Assembly: GCA_044222185.1 (NCBI GenBank)
Contig: JBGANV010000002.1
Location: 672,001-736,000, forward strand
DNA: 64,000 nucleotides
Source of the DNA: Planctomycetota bacterium
GTDB lineage: Bacteria > Planctomycetota > GCA-002687715 > CAIWVZ01
Direction of reading: 5' to 3'
The translations under genes were made by a program, and so were the position numbers. The notes below the pieces were generated by a model. The model had not been told where the DNA came from. It did no database searches and worked only from the letters and a program-made list of their open reading frames with translations. Of this stretch, positions 29,790 to 38,187 are shown piece by piece. Position 1 is the first letter of the stretch, and every line of letters starts with the position of its first letter.

Positions 29790-30877
29790 GCCAGCCGGCA
29801 TCGCAACTCGAATCTGAAGGCGGTGCGGCGGCCGCGCGGGGAGCGATCCCGCCCGGTCACCGGAAGCCGGCGGCGATGGTGACGGCGTCCTTTCGGGCGC
29901 GCGAGTACCGGGCCGGAGATGAGCACGGCATCCTCGATTTGATCAACCTGGCCTTCGGCGCCGATCCGAACTTCCAGAAGAGGTCACTGGCGTGGTGGCG
30001 CTGGAAGTACGGGGACAACCCGCATGGTGCCTGCACCCTCTGCCTCGAATCGCCGGATGGCGAGATCGTCGGCCACTATGGTGGATCGATGACCCGGCTG
30101 CGAACGCGGCGGGGAACGTTCGAGGTCGTCCAAGTCTGCGATGCGTGCGTTCATCCGGGGTTGCGTCGCGGCCTGCAGCGTGTCGGGCTCTTCGTGCGAA
30201 TGGCGCGAACCATCGCCGCCGTGGCGCACGGTCGCTCCATCGGGGCTGCCTACGGTCTTCCGACTCCGGACCATTTCGTGCTTGGGGCACGGCTCGCCGA
30301 GTACTGGATGCTGCGATCGCAGCCCATCCTCGTCTGTCGGCGCGACGATTCGCTTCCTGACGCTCCGGCTGCAGTCCGAGTCGATCGCGTCGATTCGATT
30401 CCCGGCGACGTCGGCCGCCTTCTCGCGTCGGTCGCGCGAGCGATCCCAGTGATGGCCGACCGGAGTCGAGCGTTCCTGCAATGGCGCTTCTTCGGTGCGC
30501 CCGATCGCACCTACGTCGTCGGCGTCGCGCGATCGCGCGTCGGCGGCGAGATTCGAGGCCTCGCGGTCTACCGTTCGTGCTGCTTCCTCGGACGGCGGAC
30601 CGGCGTCATCGTCGATTGGCTCGTGCCCCCGGAGGATCGAGATGCCGGCGCGGCACTGATCCACTTCGCCGCGAAGAGCGGGATCGCGGACGGCCTTGGA
30701 GAACTGGTTTGTTTCCTCCCCCCAACGTCGGCGTGGGCCAGGGCATTCCAGCAGTGGGGCTTCGCATTCGAGCCGACGAACTACGCCATGGTGTTCCGTC
30801 CCCTCGCCCGGACGATGGATCACGACGAGATCCGGCGTGACTGGTACTACACGCTTGCCGATCTGGACGCGGTTTGA
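29786..30877 (+). CDS. GNAT-family N-acyltransferase (tandem GNAT fold)
   Basis: WWRWKY.DNP, IVGHY, DACVHPGLR and AYGLP. C-terminal WYYTLADLD. ATGA-coupled to the radical SAM gene. Confidence 0.78.
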   Translation: MSQPASQLESEGGAAAARGAIPPGHRKPAAMVTASFRAREYRAGDEHGILDLINLAFGADPNFQKRSLAWWRWKYGDNPHGACTLCLESPDGEIVGHYGGSMTRLRTRRGTFEVVQVCDACVHPGLRRGLQRVGLFVRMARTIAAVAHGRSIGAAYGLPTPDHFVLGARLAEYWMLRSQPILVCRRDDSLPDAPAAVRVDRVDSIPGDVGRLLASVARAIPVMADRSRAFLQWRFFGAPDRTYVVGVARSRVGGEIRGLAVYRSCCFLGRRTGVIVDWLVPPEDRDAGAALIHFAAKSGIADGLGELVCFLPPTSAWARAFQQWGFAFEPTNYAMVFRPLARTMDHDEIRRDWYYTLADLDAV

Positions 30878-31860
30878 TGCAGGCCGAGATCATCGTTCCG
30901 ACGACGGCCGTCGACTGGCAGCGCGTGGCGGTTGGCTACGCCGCGTCGGTGGGTTGTCCCGTCGAGGCTGCCCAGACGCGCGTGACGAGGTTGCGGGAAC
31001 GCCCGGAGGGGGTGGCCGCGGTCGCGGCTGTCGGGCGCGACGGTGATGTCATCGCCCACGTCTCGGCGCGCCTCCTCGGCGCATTCGCCTCCTTCGGCCC
31101 GACACGCGTGGGCGCACTTGACATGACGTTCGTACGTCCCGAGCACCGCGATCGGGACGACTCGTCGCTTGCCCTGGCGCTCTTCCGAGAGTTCGGCCGG
31201 CGGTGGGAGTCTGCGGGCACGCCCGTCGCGGCCTTGGCGTACTTCGAGGACTGCGATTGGTGGAATCTGCGGCGTTCGAGCGGGTTCGAAGCCGTCGCAA
31301 CGGGGATGCTGTTCGTGCGGGGCGCGCGAGCGGCCGGGGGGAGCCGGCGCAGCGGCGATGGCCTGGAAGTCGCGGTGGCGACCGAGCGCCCCGGGGTCTC
31401 GATCCCCCGCACCTGTCGGTGTGTGGCGCCAGCCGCACGAGCGCTCCCGGAGTCCTCGCGGGCCGTTCGTCACCGCGTGTTTCAAGACGGTGCACTGGCG
31501 GGAGAGGCCGTCACACGCGATCACGGCGACCACGCCTTCATCGTGGATTGGCGCTGCGACTCACCAGATCCGGCCCATGGGGATCGCCTGCTGGATCTGG
31601 TGACGGACGCGGGGCGTCGCCCGGCCCACTTCCTGGTGTGGCATCCCACGGGGCCGCTTCTCGCGTTCCTGTCGCGGGCAGGGTTCGCGACGACGCAGGC
31701 CGGCCCCGAACCGATTCTCGCCATGCGCTCGCGTTTGCCGTCGCACCTGCGCTCACGCCTGCTCGCTGGCCGTTACGTCACGTCGGCGCTCGCCGGCGAA
31801 CAGCCGGTTCCGCGCCTCTTCCCGGAGTCCCGACACATCGACGTTCCGTACGTCGACTGA
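30877..31860 (+). CDS. Divergent GNAT-like protein
   Basis: VIAHV...LDMTFVRPEHR resembles GNAT motif A. FIVDW and FLSRAGF parallel the upstream paralog. TGATG overlap. Confidence 0.6.
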   Translation: MQAEIIVPTTAVDWQRVAVGYAASVGCPVEAAQTRVTRLRERPEGVAAVAAVGRDGDVIAHVSARLLGAFASFGPTRVGALDMTFVRPEHRDRDDSSLALALFREFGRRWESAGTPVAALAYFEDCDWWNLRRSSGFEAVATGMLFVRGARAAGGSRRSGDGLEVAVATERPGVSIPRTCRCVAPAARALPESSRAVRHRVFQDGALAGEAVTRDHGDHAFIVDWRCDSPDPAHGDRLLDLVTDAGRRPAHFLVWHPTGPLLAFLSRAGFATTQAGPEPILAMRSRLPSHLRSRLLAGRYVTSALAGEQPVPRLFPESRHIDVPYVD

Positions 31861-31894
31861 AATGACGCTCGGCCACCGTCGCGCGCTCGGCGGG

Positions 31895-32812
31895 TCAATC
31901 GATGTAGTCCGGGCAACCCCGGCATAGCTCGATCTCGTCGACCCGACCCTCTTCATGCAGGCGGCGCAGCCGCGCGAGGGGTTCGCCGTGCCAGATCTCC
32001 GCGATGGACTGGGTCTTCGCGTTCCCGACCTCGAGCTTGCATGCGTGGTCGTAGCAGCACGGCGTCGCGCGGCCGTCGTAGTAGACGCTGAGGGTCTTGT
32101 AGAGCATCCGGCAGGGCTTGCGCGGCGCGCTCGGCGTCGGTGCCGGGCGGCACGACGGGTCGGCGATCGACATCGTTCCGGCCCACGTCACGACGGAGCA
32201 GACGAAGATCTCGTCGTGAGGCCCCAGGTAACCGTTCCACTCCGCGCGGAAGCGGTCCATCGTGGCCATCACGGGATCGGACCCGACGACGCTGAGGATG
32301 ATCGCCGGGCGCGGCAGCCCACGTGCGTCACGCAACTCGAACAGCCGCTTCGTTCCGGCGACGACTTCCTCGTACGAGGCGTTCTTTCGTGCGGCCTCGA
32401 AGATGTCCTTGTCGGCGCCGTCGATGCTGACGATCACGACTGCCGTGGAGGAGTCGATGAGCGCGCGGATGTTCTCGTCGGTCAGTTTCGTGCCGTTCGT
32501 GATCACGCACGGATAGCGGACGCCCACCGCCTGCAGGTGGTGGAGGATCTCGCGGAAGTGGGGGTTGAGGAACGGCTCGCCGAACCCCTGCGGATAGAAG
32601 ATGATCTCGTGTCCCGCGGCTTCGGCTGCACACCGCTTCAGCATCTCCAGATCCACGTGTCCGTAGCCTCGACCGGACTCGAGGCGAGGACACATGGGGC
32701 ATTCCAGATTGCATGCGTTCGTCGTCTCGACGGCGAACCGCAGCGGGAAGGGGCCGGGCTCCCGGTCCCGGAACATGCGATCGAAGAACAGCGAGTAGGG
32801 CTTCTCTGCCAT
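31895..32812 (-). CDS. Radical SAM protein with a SPASM/twitch domain
   Basis: ETTNACNLECPMC, GFGEPFL, TNG and SIDG. C-terminal CRMLY...DGRATPCCYD...GN...CRGC. Start ATG 32812. Confidence 0.9.
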   Translation of the reverse strand: MAEKPYSLFFDRMFRDREPGPFPLRFAVETTNACNLECPMCPRLESGRGYGHVDLEMLKRCAAEAAGHEIIFYPQGFGEPFLNPHFREILHHLQAVGVRYPCVITNGTKLTDENIRALIDSSTAVVIVSIDGADKDIFEAARKNASYEEVVAGTKRLFELRDARGLPRPAIILSVVGSDPVMATMDRFRAEWNGYLGPHDEIFVCSVVTWAGTMSIADPSCRPAPTPSAPRKPCRMLYKTLSVYYDGRATPCCYDHACKLEVGNAKTQSIAEIWHGEPLARLRRLHEEGRVDEIELCRGCPDYID

Positions 32813-33156
32813 GGAAGTTCTCGGCCTGCGAACTCGCGCCGAACCGGGTTCCTCGTGCTGGCTCTCGCGGCCACGTCTCCGGACCGTCGAACGAGCGCGC
32901 CCGCCATTCCCCGATCGGTCGCATACGGGGGCCGCCATCCCGCTTCCCCCGAGGAGGCCTATCGCCCGACGAATCCGTGCCGGCCACGCTCGGCTCGGCA
33001 GTATCGAGGCGGTCCCACCGACCGTCAACCCCGGTCCCGGTTTCCACGCGCCGTCGCCTGAGGCGCGACCGAGGACCTGCGGGCGGCAACCGAGTCGATC
33101 GGCCGCCATCGTCCGTCCGCACCCGGCCGTCGGGCAGCGAAAAAAACCGCGCTGGA

Positions 33157-33196
33157 TTCATGAAACGACGCTCTCGCGTGAAGGGCCTTCGTCGAC
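33157..33196 (+). promoter_or_regulatory. Conserved upstream motif, copy 1
   Basis: TTCATGAAA...GCGTGAAGGGCCTTCGTCGAC. A near-identical element precedes the paralog at 35688-35727. Confidence 0.55.
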
Positions 33197-33279
33197 GGAC
33201 CGGTCGATCGGTGCATTCCGCTGGAGCGGGATGCGCTCGGCCGGCACCGGATCACGGAATTCGATCACGGAGACATTCC

Positions 33280-35559
33280 ATGGAATCACGCGCATGGCGC
33301 CGAGTGCTCACCCTGCTTCCGTTCGTTCTCGCTTCCGTCCTCGCGCAGGACGTGAAGACCGGTTCGTCCGCCCCGATCCCCGCGGGCGTCGGCCCGGAGA
33401 CGATCGCCGTGGCTGGCGCGTCCTCATCGCAGGTGGCGGCGAAGACGAAGCCTCCCTCCGCCGTCACGCCGCAGATGCCCGTGCTCGATCGCGTGCTGTT
33501 CGATCAGGTCGACATGACCCTCTGGGCAGCATCCCGGAACTTCAAGGTCGGGTTCGGTCCGGACGGCGCGACGTTCGTCCCGGCCCTGGGACTCGTGGCT
33601 CCAACCAACATGCCCGTGACGTTCCGGCTGTCGGGGATCACCGCCGGCGGTCGCACGATGCCCGTCGGGGAGACGGTCGCGCCTGCGCGCATGGGCGACC
33701 GCGTCACCTTCGATCGCGGCGTGGCGCGGGAGGTCTACGACCTTCGGCTGGAAGGGGTCGAACAGTCGTTCGTCCTCTCGAGGCCGCTCGGCGTCGGTGA
33801 CCACGCCGTCCACGTCGGATTCGACACCGCGCTCGCGGCGACCGTCGCCACGGATGGCATCGCTTTCGAGTCCACCTACGGAGGCGTCCACTACGGCCGC
33901 GCGACGGCCATCGATGCCGCGGGTCGGTCGCTCGCGCTGGAAGCGTCGATCGTCGATCACGAGATCGTGATCGTCGTTCCCGCCGCGTTCCTCGAGAAGG
34001 CAACCTGGCCGGTGACCATCGACCCTCTCGTGTCGACGATGAACATCGACGCGAGCGGCACGCCGTACGTGAATCCGGACGTCGCCTACGACGCAACTTC
34101 CCAGCGCTACGCCGTCGTCGCAGAACAGGTCTACGCGCAGACCGATCGCGACATGTACGCCTGGATCTGCAACTCGGCCGGGAACGTGATCGCCGGCTCG
34201 TTCACGGTGATCGACGCCTCGACGACGAACTGGACCCACCCGAGCATCGCCTTCAAGCGCATCGGAGCCCAGTTCCTCGTCGTCGCGGAGCGCGGCATCG
34301 CTCCGGCGAGGCAGATCTGGGGGCGCGAGTTCACGTCGAGCGTTCCCTCCGTCATCGGCAGCCAGTTCGCCATCAGCGGCAACGAAACCGGTGACAAGTG
34401 CAACCCGGTCGTCGGCGGCGATCCGAGCGCGGCACCTCCCACCTACTACTGCGTCGCGTGGCAGCGCAACTACACGTTGACCGACTTCGACATCCACTCC
34501 CGCATCGTCACCGACACGGCAGGCATGCACTCGGCCGTGCTCACCGTCTCGAACGGAACCGAGGCGGACGAGCGCCCGGCGATCTCGAAGTCGAACGGCA
34601 TGGGTGGTGTGTACGACCAGGTCTGGACGATCGCGTGGCAGCGTTCGCTGACGTGGCACCACGACATCATCGGCTGCCAGGTGAATTGGAATGGCACGAC
34701 CGTCAGCAATCAGTTTGCGATCTCGACCTCGGCGGCCGACACGACGATTCCGTCGGTGTCCGCCATCACCGATCCGTCGCTTGGCCCGACCAGCTACCTG
34801 GTGGCGTACGAGGTCTTCGGGCAGCACAACACGGTCGGCTTCTCGGTGATGCAGGGGCAGACCTACGTCGGTGGCGCCATCGACCTCGCGCAGGTGGAGG
34901 GCGTCGGATCCATCGATCGCCGCCTCCCCACGGCGACCTGTACGGGCGCCACGTTCACGATCGCCTACGCGGAGTTGTGGAATCCGAACTCGGCCGACTA
35001 CGACCTCTACGCGACGACGCTCAACGTCGTCGGCGGAACCACGTTCTCGACCAGTGAAGCGCATGCGCTGCTCCTCGGATCGACGGCGATCGAGACGCGT
35101 CCGCGGATCACCTCGGTTCACGACGCCGGCGAAGTGGGGATTCGGACGAAGGTCGTGTGCGAGGCCGGCCCTGCGCCGAGTGCGGTCGTGTCGGCGATGT
35201 ACGACGCCCGCGCGGCCGTCGGCGGCGTGACGAGCCTCGCGACCGGATGCCAGAACCTGGGGCTGTCCTTCGTGGGGCAGCCGATCCTGGGCCAGCCCGT
35301 CTCGGTGACGCTCGTCAACCCGGGCGCCCATCCGCTGATCGTCGTCGGCGCGCCCATCTGGCCCATGGCTTTGTGCGGTGGGTGCAGTCTCGGCGTCGAC
35401 ATCTTCAACAACCCGCTCGTGTTCCAGGTGCCGTCCGTCAGCGTCGTCGTCCCGGGCGACGGGGCGCTGGTCGGCGCCACCGTCGCGATCCAGGGCGCCG
35501 ACGGGATCGGCGCCTGCGGATACCGCGTCACCGACACGGTCTGGGTGACCATCATGTGA
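33280..35559 (+). CDS. Secreted hypothetical protein, paralog 1 (beta-rich repeats with a Cys-containing C-terminal domain)
   Basis: Signal peptide (LLPFVLASVLA-Q). EVYDLRLEGVEQSFVL...WPVTIDP N-terminal domain. Repeated P-x-V/I-A...VAW units. GGAG RBS. Collinear similarity to the next gene. Confidence 0.8.
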   Translation: MESRAWRRVLTLLPFVLASVLAQDVKTGSSAPIPAGVGPETIAVAGASSSQVAAKTKPPSAVTPQMPVLDRVLFDQVDMTLWAASRNFKVGFGPDGATFVPALGLVAPTNMPVTFRLSGITAGGRTMPVGETVAPARMGDRVTFDRGVAREVYDLRLEGVEQSFVLSRPLGVGDHAVHVGFDTALAATVATDGIAFESTYGGVHYGRATAIDAAGRSLALEASIVDHEIVIVVPAAFLEKATWPVTIDPLVSTMNIDASGTPYVNPDVAYDATSQRYAVVAEQVYAQTDRDMYAWICNSAGNVIAGSFTVIDASTTNWTHPSIAFKRIGAQFLVVAERGIAPARQIWGREFTSSVPSVIGSQFAISGNETGDKCNPVVGGDPSAAPPTYYCVAWQRNYTLTDFDIHSRIVTDTAGMHSAVLTVSNGTEADERPAISKSNGMGGVYDQVWTIAWQRSLTWHHDIIGCQVNWNGTTVSNQFAISTSAADTTIPSVSAITDPSLGPTSYLVAYEVFGQHNTVGFSVMQGQTYVGGAIDLAQVEGVGSIDRRLPTATCTGATFTIAYAELWNPNSADYDLYATTLNVVGGTTFSTSEAHALLLGSTAIETRPRITSVHDAGEVGIRTKVVCEAGPAPSAVVSAMYDARAAVGGVTSLATGCQNLGLSFVGQPILGQPVSVTLVNPGAHPLIVVGAPIWPMALCGGCSLGVDIFNNPLVFQVPSVSVVVPGDGALVGATVAIQGADGIGACGYRVTDTVWVTIM

Positions 35560-35687
35560 CGCGACGGATGCAGCGGGGTCTCCGCCGGCGCCTCCACGTC
35601 GGCGCGCAGCCTCCAGCGTCGAACGGCCGGGCCCGCGCCCGGCCGCCGGCATTTCGGGAGTGACCGGCTTCCAGGGTCGATCCCGAT

Positions 35688-35727
35688 TTCATGAAAACGC
35701 GATCCGGCGTGAAGAGCCTTCGTCAAC
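35688..35727 (+). promoter_or_regulatory. Conserved upstream motif, copy 2
   Basis: TTCATGAAAA...GCGTGAAGAGCCTTCGTCAAC, at a similar distance from the ATG as copy 1. Confidence 0.55.
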
Positions 35728-35806
35728 CCCCGTCACACGCACCGCCAGGAGGCGATGCTCGACCGGACGGGGCAGCGCTTTCTTGCATTCGCCACGGAGG
35801 TCCGCC

Positions 35807-38077
35807 ATGGAGTTCGCACGCTTCCTTCGCGCAGCCGCGCTCATCCCGTTCGTTCTCGCAGTCGTGCCCGCGCAAGACGTCAAGAGTGCTGAGGGGGAGC
35901 CTGCCACCGCAGGGATCGGCCCGGGCGACGCGCCGGCCGATCGGATCCCATCACACCCCGGCGCACGTCCCACGTCGGATTCGATCCTCCGAGCGATCCG
36001 CCTCGACCGTGTTCTCTACGACGTCGGCGAAGGCAAGCTCTGGGCCGTCGGGAACGACTACAAGATGGCGTTCGATGCGGAGGGAGCGTCGTTCATCCCG
36101 AAGCTCGGGCAGCTCGCGCCCACGAACACGCCCGTCACGTTCCGGCTCGCCCGCGCAACGATCGGCGGAGTGCCCATCGCGCTCGATGATGCCGTTCCGG
36201 CGACGCGCGACCGGGATCGGATCCGTTACTCTCGCGGGGACATCACCGAAGCGTACGACCTGCGTCTCGACGGCGCGGAGCAATCGTTCGTGCTCGAGCG
36301 TCCGCTCGGGGGAGGGGACTGCGTCCTTCACGTCCAGGCAACGACCTCGCTCGCAGGCCGGGCCGAATCCGGCGGGATCTCGTTCGACGGACCCTACGGC
36401 AGCGTTCGCTACGGAGCCGCGACGGCGATCGACGCCCGTGGCGGCCTGCGCAGCCTCGCAATGGAACTCGCCGATGGCGAAATCCGCATCCTGGTTCCGG
36501 GCGACTTCCTGGAGCACGCGCAATGGCCCGTCGTCGTCGACCCGCTCGTCACGACCGGGACGTCCGTGGGGGGATCCGACTTGTTCAACCCGGACGTCGC
36601 GTTCGAACCGGCGGCCGGCATGTTCGGCGTGGTCGCCGAAACGGCGTTCTCGGCCACCGACCACGACGTGCTCGCCTGGCTTCTCTATTCCACGGGCGCG
36701 ACCCTGCTCGGTGCGTCGACCGTGATCGAGGCGGGTGTCTCGAACTGGTCACACCCCAAGGTGGGCGCCAAGAACCTCGGCGCGCAGCTCCTCATCGTGG
36801 CCGAAGTGGGGCTCGCTCCGTCGCGCCAGATCTGGGGCCGGACCATGTTCACTTCCATTCCGACGAACCCCGGGACGCCATTCCAGATCAGCGCGAACGA
36901 GGGCGGCGACAAGGTGAACCCCGTGGTGGGCGGCGACCCGAGCTCGGCGCCTCCGACGTATTACTGCGTCGCCTGGCAACGCATCTTCTCGGCGACCGAC
37001 GACGACATCCACGTCCGAATCATCACGGAGGCGGGAACTCCGCACACCGCCGTGATCGCCGTGTCGAACGGATCCGAGCGTGACCAGGTCCCCGCGATCT
37101 CGAAGTCCGACGGAAACGGCCCCGCGAGCGGCCAGGCCTGGAATCTCGTGTGGCAGCGCGAGATGAGCGGCCACCACGACATCGTCATGAAGCAGGTGAG
37201 CTGGAACGGGTCCACCGTCAGCCCGCTCATCTCCGTCGCGACCACGGGAAGCGACACCGTGAATCCCACCGTCACCGGCTTCACCGACGTGGCGCTCGGG
37301 GCCCCGCGGTTCCTCGTCGCGTTCGAGGTGACGGGCGCCACGCGACGGATCGGGCTGGCGCTGATGCAAGGCCAGTCGTACGTCATCGGGACGAGCGACA
37401 TCAGCGGTGTCGAAGGGGTTCCCGCACTCGACCGCCGACATCCGGCGGTGACCTGCACCGGCGGTCGCTTCGTCCTCACCTATGCGGAGCAGACGTATGC
37501 CGGGTCGACGAACTACGACGTGTTCGCGACGACGATCGACTCGCTCGGAGCGAGCGCCTACTCGATTCCCGAAGGACACGTGCCCGTGATCTTCGGCGCA
37601 CTTCAGTCCGACGACCTGCCGAACGTCGCGTCGCGGTTCGACGGCGGAATCCGCTCCGTCGAGACCCTGATCGTCGGGCAAAGAGGCACGGCGACGCACG
37701 ACCTCGGCTCGGCGCATTATGACGGCATGGGAACGATCGGCGGATTCACGACCGTGGCGACGGGCTGCGGGGGACTCGGCATCACGGCGACAGGCACTCC
37801 CGCACTCGGTCAGCCCGTCTCCTTCCTGCTCTCGGCCGCCCAGACGAATCCGATCATCGTCCTCGGGTTGCCGCTCGCTCCGACCACGCTCTGCAGCAGC
37901 TGCAAGCTCGGCGTCGATCTCGTGAACAACCCGATCGTGATCCCCGGAGTGGCGCTGGCCGGATTCATCCCGCCGGACGGCGGCCTCGTCGGAGTGACGC
38001 TCGCCGTTCAGGGCGCCGACGCCACCGGCTCGTGTGGCTACCGCGTCACCCCGACGGTACGCGTCGCGATCCGCTGA
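35807..38077 (+). CDS. Secreted hypothetical protein, paralog 2
   Basis: Signal peptide and GGAGG RBS. Shares blocks such as NPVVGGDPS.APPTYYCVAWQR with 33280-35559. Confidence 0.8.
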   Translation: MEFARFLRAAALIPFVLAVVPAQDVKSAEGEPATAGIGPGDAPADRIPSHPGARPTSDSILRAIRLDRVLYDVGEGKLWAVGNDYKMAFDAEGASFIPKLGQLAPTNTPVTFRLARATIGGVPIALDDAVPATRDRDRIRYSRGDITEAYDLRLDGAEQSFVLERPLGGGDCVLHVQATTSLAGRAESGGISFDGPYGSVRYGAATAIDARGGLRSLAMELADGEIRILVPGDFLEHAQWPVVVDPLVTTGTSVGGSDLFNPDVAFEPAAGMFGVVAETAFSATDHDVLAWLLYSTGATLLGASTVIEAGVSNWSHPKVGAKNLGAQLLIVAEVGLAPSRQIWGRTMFTSIPTNPGTPFQISANEGGDKVNPVVGGDPSSAPPTYYCVAWQRIFSATDDDIHVRIITEAGTPHTAVIAVSNGSERDQVPAISKSDGNGPASGQAWNLVWQREMSGHHDIVMKQVSWNGSTVSPLISVATTGSDTVNPTVTGFTDVALGAPRFLVAFEVTGATRRIGLALMQGQSYVIGTSDISGVEGVPALDRRHPAVTCTGGRFVLTYAEQTYAGSTNYDVFATTIDSLGASAYSIPEGHVPVIFGALQSDDLPNVASRFDGGIRSVETLIVGQRGTATHDLGSAHYDGMGTIGGFTTVATGCGGLGITATGTPALGQPVSFLLSAAQTNPIIVLGLPLAPTTLCSSCKLGVDLVNNPIVIPGVALAGFIPPDGGLVGVTLAVQGADATGSCGYRVTPTVRVAIR

Positions 38078-38187
38078 GGTCCTGCCGCCGCGCGGAGCAC
38101 TGCGGCGGGCCGAACTCGCGGGATCCGTGCAGCCGCGACCGCCGGCACGGGTACCGTCGGCGCCACCGAGCCCACGGTCGTTCCTCC

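Noticed and set aside
32713-33279. Long N-terminal extensions in the ORF track (also 3881, 6155, 23036, 26501, 41636, 44358, 50400 and 62773)
   Set aside because: The extensions are Arg/Pro-rich non-protein-like sequence. Downstream starts have an RBS, a signal peptide or a stop-start overlap.
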